Part shown: piece after piece, positions 60,701 to 64,000 of the stretch
Numbering within the stretch: the stretch's first letter is position 1
Layout: each line of letters opens with the position of its first letter
Source: Macrostomum lignano
Taxonomy: Eukaryota
DNA: 64,000 nt
NCBI GenBank assembly: GCA_002269645.1
Contig: NIVC01002239.1
Span: 14,837 to 78,836 of the forward strand
Reading direction: 5' to 3'
Program-made: the position numbers and the translations under genes
The notes under the pieces: model-generated
The model's input: the letters and a program-made list of their open reading frames with translations, nothing else
What the model was told of the DNA's origin: nothing
The model's database searches: none

Positions 60701-63700
60701 ATTAAGGATCGGGGGAGACAGGGGTAGCATCTATTAAGAATCGGGGGAGACAGGGGTAGCATCTATTAAGGATCGGGGGAGACAGGGGTAGCATCTATTA
60801 AGGATCGGGGGAGACAGGTAGCATCTATTAAGGATCGGGGGAGACAGGTAGCATCTATTAAGGATCGGGGGAGACAGGTAGCATCTATTAAGGATCGGGG
60901 GAGACAGGTAGCATCTATTAAGGATCGGGGGAGACAGGTAGCATCTATTAAGGATCGGGGGAGACAGGTAGCATCTATTAAGGATCGGGGGAGACAGGTA
61001 GCATCTATTAAGGATCGGGGGAGACAGGTAGCATCTATTAAGGATCGGGGGAGACGGGTAGCATCTATTAAGGATCGGGGGAGACAGGTAGCATCTATTA
61101 AGGATCGGGGGAGACAGGTAGCATCTATTAAGGATCGGGGGAGACAGGTAGCATCTATTAAGGATCGGGGGAGACGGTAGCATCTATTAAGGATCGGGGA
61201 GACGGTAGCATCTATTAAGATCGGGGGAGACAGGTAGCATCTATTAAGGATCGGGGGAGACAGGTAGCATATATTAAGGATCGGGGGAGACAGGTAGCAT
61301 CTATTAAGGATCGGGGAGACAGGTAGCATCTATTAAGGATCGGGGGAGACAGGTAGCATCTACTTAAGGATCGGGGGACAGGTAGCATCTATTAAGGATC
61401 GGGGAGACGGGTAGCATCTATTAAGGATCGGGGGAGACAGGGGTAGCATCTATTAAGGATCGGGGGAGACGGGTAGCATCTATTAAGGATCGGGGGAGAC
61501 AGGTAGCATCTATTAAGAATCGGGGGAGACAGGTAGCATCTATTAAGGATCGGGGGAGACAGGTAGCATCTATTAAGGATCGGGGGAGACAGGTAGCATC
61601 TATTAAGGATCGGGGGAGACAGGTAGCATCTATTAAGGATCGGGGGAGACAGGTAGCATCTATTAAGGATCGGGGAGACAGGTAGCATCTATTAAGGATC
61701 GGGGAGACAGGTAGCATCTATTAAGAATCGGGGGAGACGGGTAGCATCTACTAAGGATCGGGGGAGACAGGTAGCATCTATTAAGGATTGGGGGAGACAG
61801 GTAGCATCTATATTAAGGATTGGGGGAGACGGGTAGCATCTATTAAGGATCCGGGGAGACGGGTAGCATCTATTAAGGATCGGGGGAGACAGGTAGCATC
61901 TATTAAGAATCGGGGGAGACAGGTAGCATCTATATTAAGGATCGGGGGAGACAGGTAGCATCTATTAAGGATCGGGGGAGACAGGTAGCATCTATTAAGG
62001 ATCGGGGGAGACAGGAAGCATCTATTAAGGATCGGGGGAGACAGGTAGCATCTATTAAGGATCGGGGGAGACAGGAAGCATCTATTAAGGATCGGGGGAG
62101 ACAGGTAGCATCTATTAAGAATCGGGGGAGACGGGTAGCATCTACTAAGGATCGGGGGAGACAGGTAGCATCTATTAAGGATTGGGGGAGACAGGTAGCA
62201 TCTATATTAAGGATTGGGGGAGACGGGTAGCATCTATTAAGGATCGGGGGAGATGGGTAGCATCTATTAAGGATCGGGGGAGACAGGTAGCATCTATTAA
62301 GGATCGGGGGAGACGGGTAGCATCTATTAAGGATCGGGGGAGACGGGTAGCATCTATTAAGGATCAGGGGAGACAGGGGTAGCATCTATTAAGGATCGGG
62401 GGAGACAGGGGTAGCATCTATTAAGAATCGGGGGAGACAGGGGTAGCATCTATTAAGGATCAGGGGAGACAGGGGTAGCATCTATTAAGAATCGGGGGAG
62501 ACAGGGGTAGCATCTATTAAGGATCAGGGGAGACAGGTAGCATCTATATTAAGGATCGCGGGAGACAGGTAACATCTATTAAGGATCGGGGGAGACGGGT
62601 AGCATCTATTAAGGATCGGGGGAGACAGGTAGCATCTATTAAGATCGGGGGAGACAGGTAGCATCTATTAAGGATCGGGGGAGACAGGTAGCATCTATTA
62701 AGGATCGGGGGACAGGTAATCTATTAAGGATCGGGGAGACGTAGCATCTATTAAGGATCGGGGGAGATCTATTAAGGATCGGGGGACAAGGTAGCATCTA
62801 TTAAGGATCGGGGGAGGGTAGCATCTATTAAGGATCGGGGGAGACAGGGTAGCATCTATTAAGGATCGGGGGAGACGGTAGCATCTATATTAAGGATCGG
62901 GGGAGACAGGTAGCATCTATTAAGAATCGGGGGAGACAGGTAGCATCTATTAAGGATCGGGGGAGACAGGTAGCATATATTAGAAATCGGGGGAGACAGG
63001 TAGCATCTATTAAGGATCGGGGGAGACAGGTAGCATCTAGAAGGGGGACAGGTAGCTCATTAAGGATCGGGGGAGACAGGTAGCATCTATTAAGGATCGG
63101 GAGACAGGTAGCATATTAAGGATCGGGAGACAGGGGTAGCATCTATTAAGGATCGGGGAGACGGTAGCATCTATTAAGGATCGGGGGAGACAGGTAGCAT
63201 CTATTAAGATCGGGGGACAGGTAGCATCTATATAAGGATCGGGGGAGACAGGTAGCATCTATTAAGGATCGGGGGAGACAGGTAGCATCTATTAAGGATC
63301 GGGGGAACGGTAGCATCTATTAAGGATCGGGGGAGACAGGGTAGCATCTATTAAGGATCGGGGGACGGGTAGCATCTATTAAGGATCGGGGGAGACAGGT
63401 AGCATATATTAAGATCGGGGGAGACGGTAGCATCTATATTAAGGATCGGGGGAGACGGGTAGCATCTATTAAGGATCGGGGAGACAGGTAGCATCTATTA
63501 AGGATCGGGGAGACAGGTAGCATCTATTAAGGATCGGGGGAGACAGGTAGCATCTATTAAGGATCGGGGAGACAGGTAGCATCTATTAAGGATCGGGGGA
63601 GACAGGTAGCATCTATTAAGAATCGGGGGAGACGGGTAGCATCTACTAAGGATCGGGGGAGACAGGTAGCATCTATTAAGGATTGGGGGAGACAGGTAGC

Positions 63701-64000
63701 ATCTATTAAGGATCGGGGGAGACGGGTAGCATCTAATTAGGATCAGGGGAGACAGGGGTAGCATCTATTAAGGATCGGGGGAGACAGGTAGCATCTATTA
63801 AGGATCGGGGGAGACAGGTAGCATCTATTAAGAATCGGGGGAGACAGGTAGCATATATTAAGGATCGGGGAGACAGTAGCATCTATTAAGATCGGGGAGA
63901 CAGGTAGCATCTATATTAAGGATCGGGGGAGACGGGTAGCATCTATTAAGGATCGGGGAGACAGGTAGCATCTATTAAGATCGGGGGAGACGGGTAGCAT
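57710..64000. repeat. 30-bp satellite (GGGGGAGACAGGTAGCATCTATTAAGGATC)n, >6.2 kb, ~200 units, runs off the window
   Basis: Direct reading. Confidence 0.99.

Noticed and set aside
57710-64000. CRISPR-like array or repetitive protein genes
   Set aside because: Units are directly adjacent with no unique spacers, there are no cas genes, and the context is eukaryotic. The same applies to the 23-bp array at 2833-3506.

Overview
Intron-containing, repeat-rich animal genomic DNA. The style resembles the flatworm Macrostomum, which is an inference from gene and repeat character only. The dominant feature is a cluster of six paralogous, highly divergent nicotinic-receptor-like Cys-loop channel genes, labelled LGIC1-6 here. 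Five lie head-to-tail on + (9.7-36.6 kb) and one on - (50.0-56.2 kb). Three look intact (LGIC2, 5, 6), one has a single in-frame stop (LGIC1) and two are clear pseudogenes (LGIC3, 4). All lack the loop-B Trp and the vicinal loop-C cysteines and have a shortened loop C. Where M2 survives it keeps a cation-type GER motif with an unusual Gln at 16'. All six carry a private Cys pair (beta9 and post-M4 tail). This fits an orphan, possibly chemosensory, receptor family under birth-and-death evolution. Also present are a fibrinogen-related gene, two intronless C-type lectin paralogues (EPN vs QPD), an exon for an unknown six-Cys secreted peptide, a near-complete Ngaro/PAT-type DIRS retrotransposon, a Crypton-like tyrosine-recombinase gene and a long-TIR element carrying a BEL/Pao gag relic. 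There are several MITEs (one only 74 bp), two SINE families, many mini/microsatellites, a >6 kb 30-bp satellite running off the right end, and an 83-N gap flanked by a probable false duplication. Exon boundaries were read by eye from GT/AG sites and paralogue comparison. Comparisons to alpha7 nAChR, MIR and Pfam families are from recalled knowledge, not database searches.
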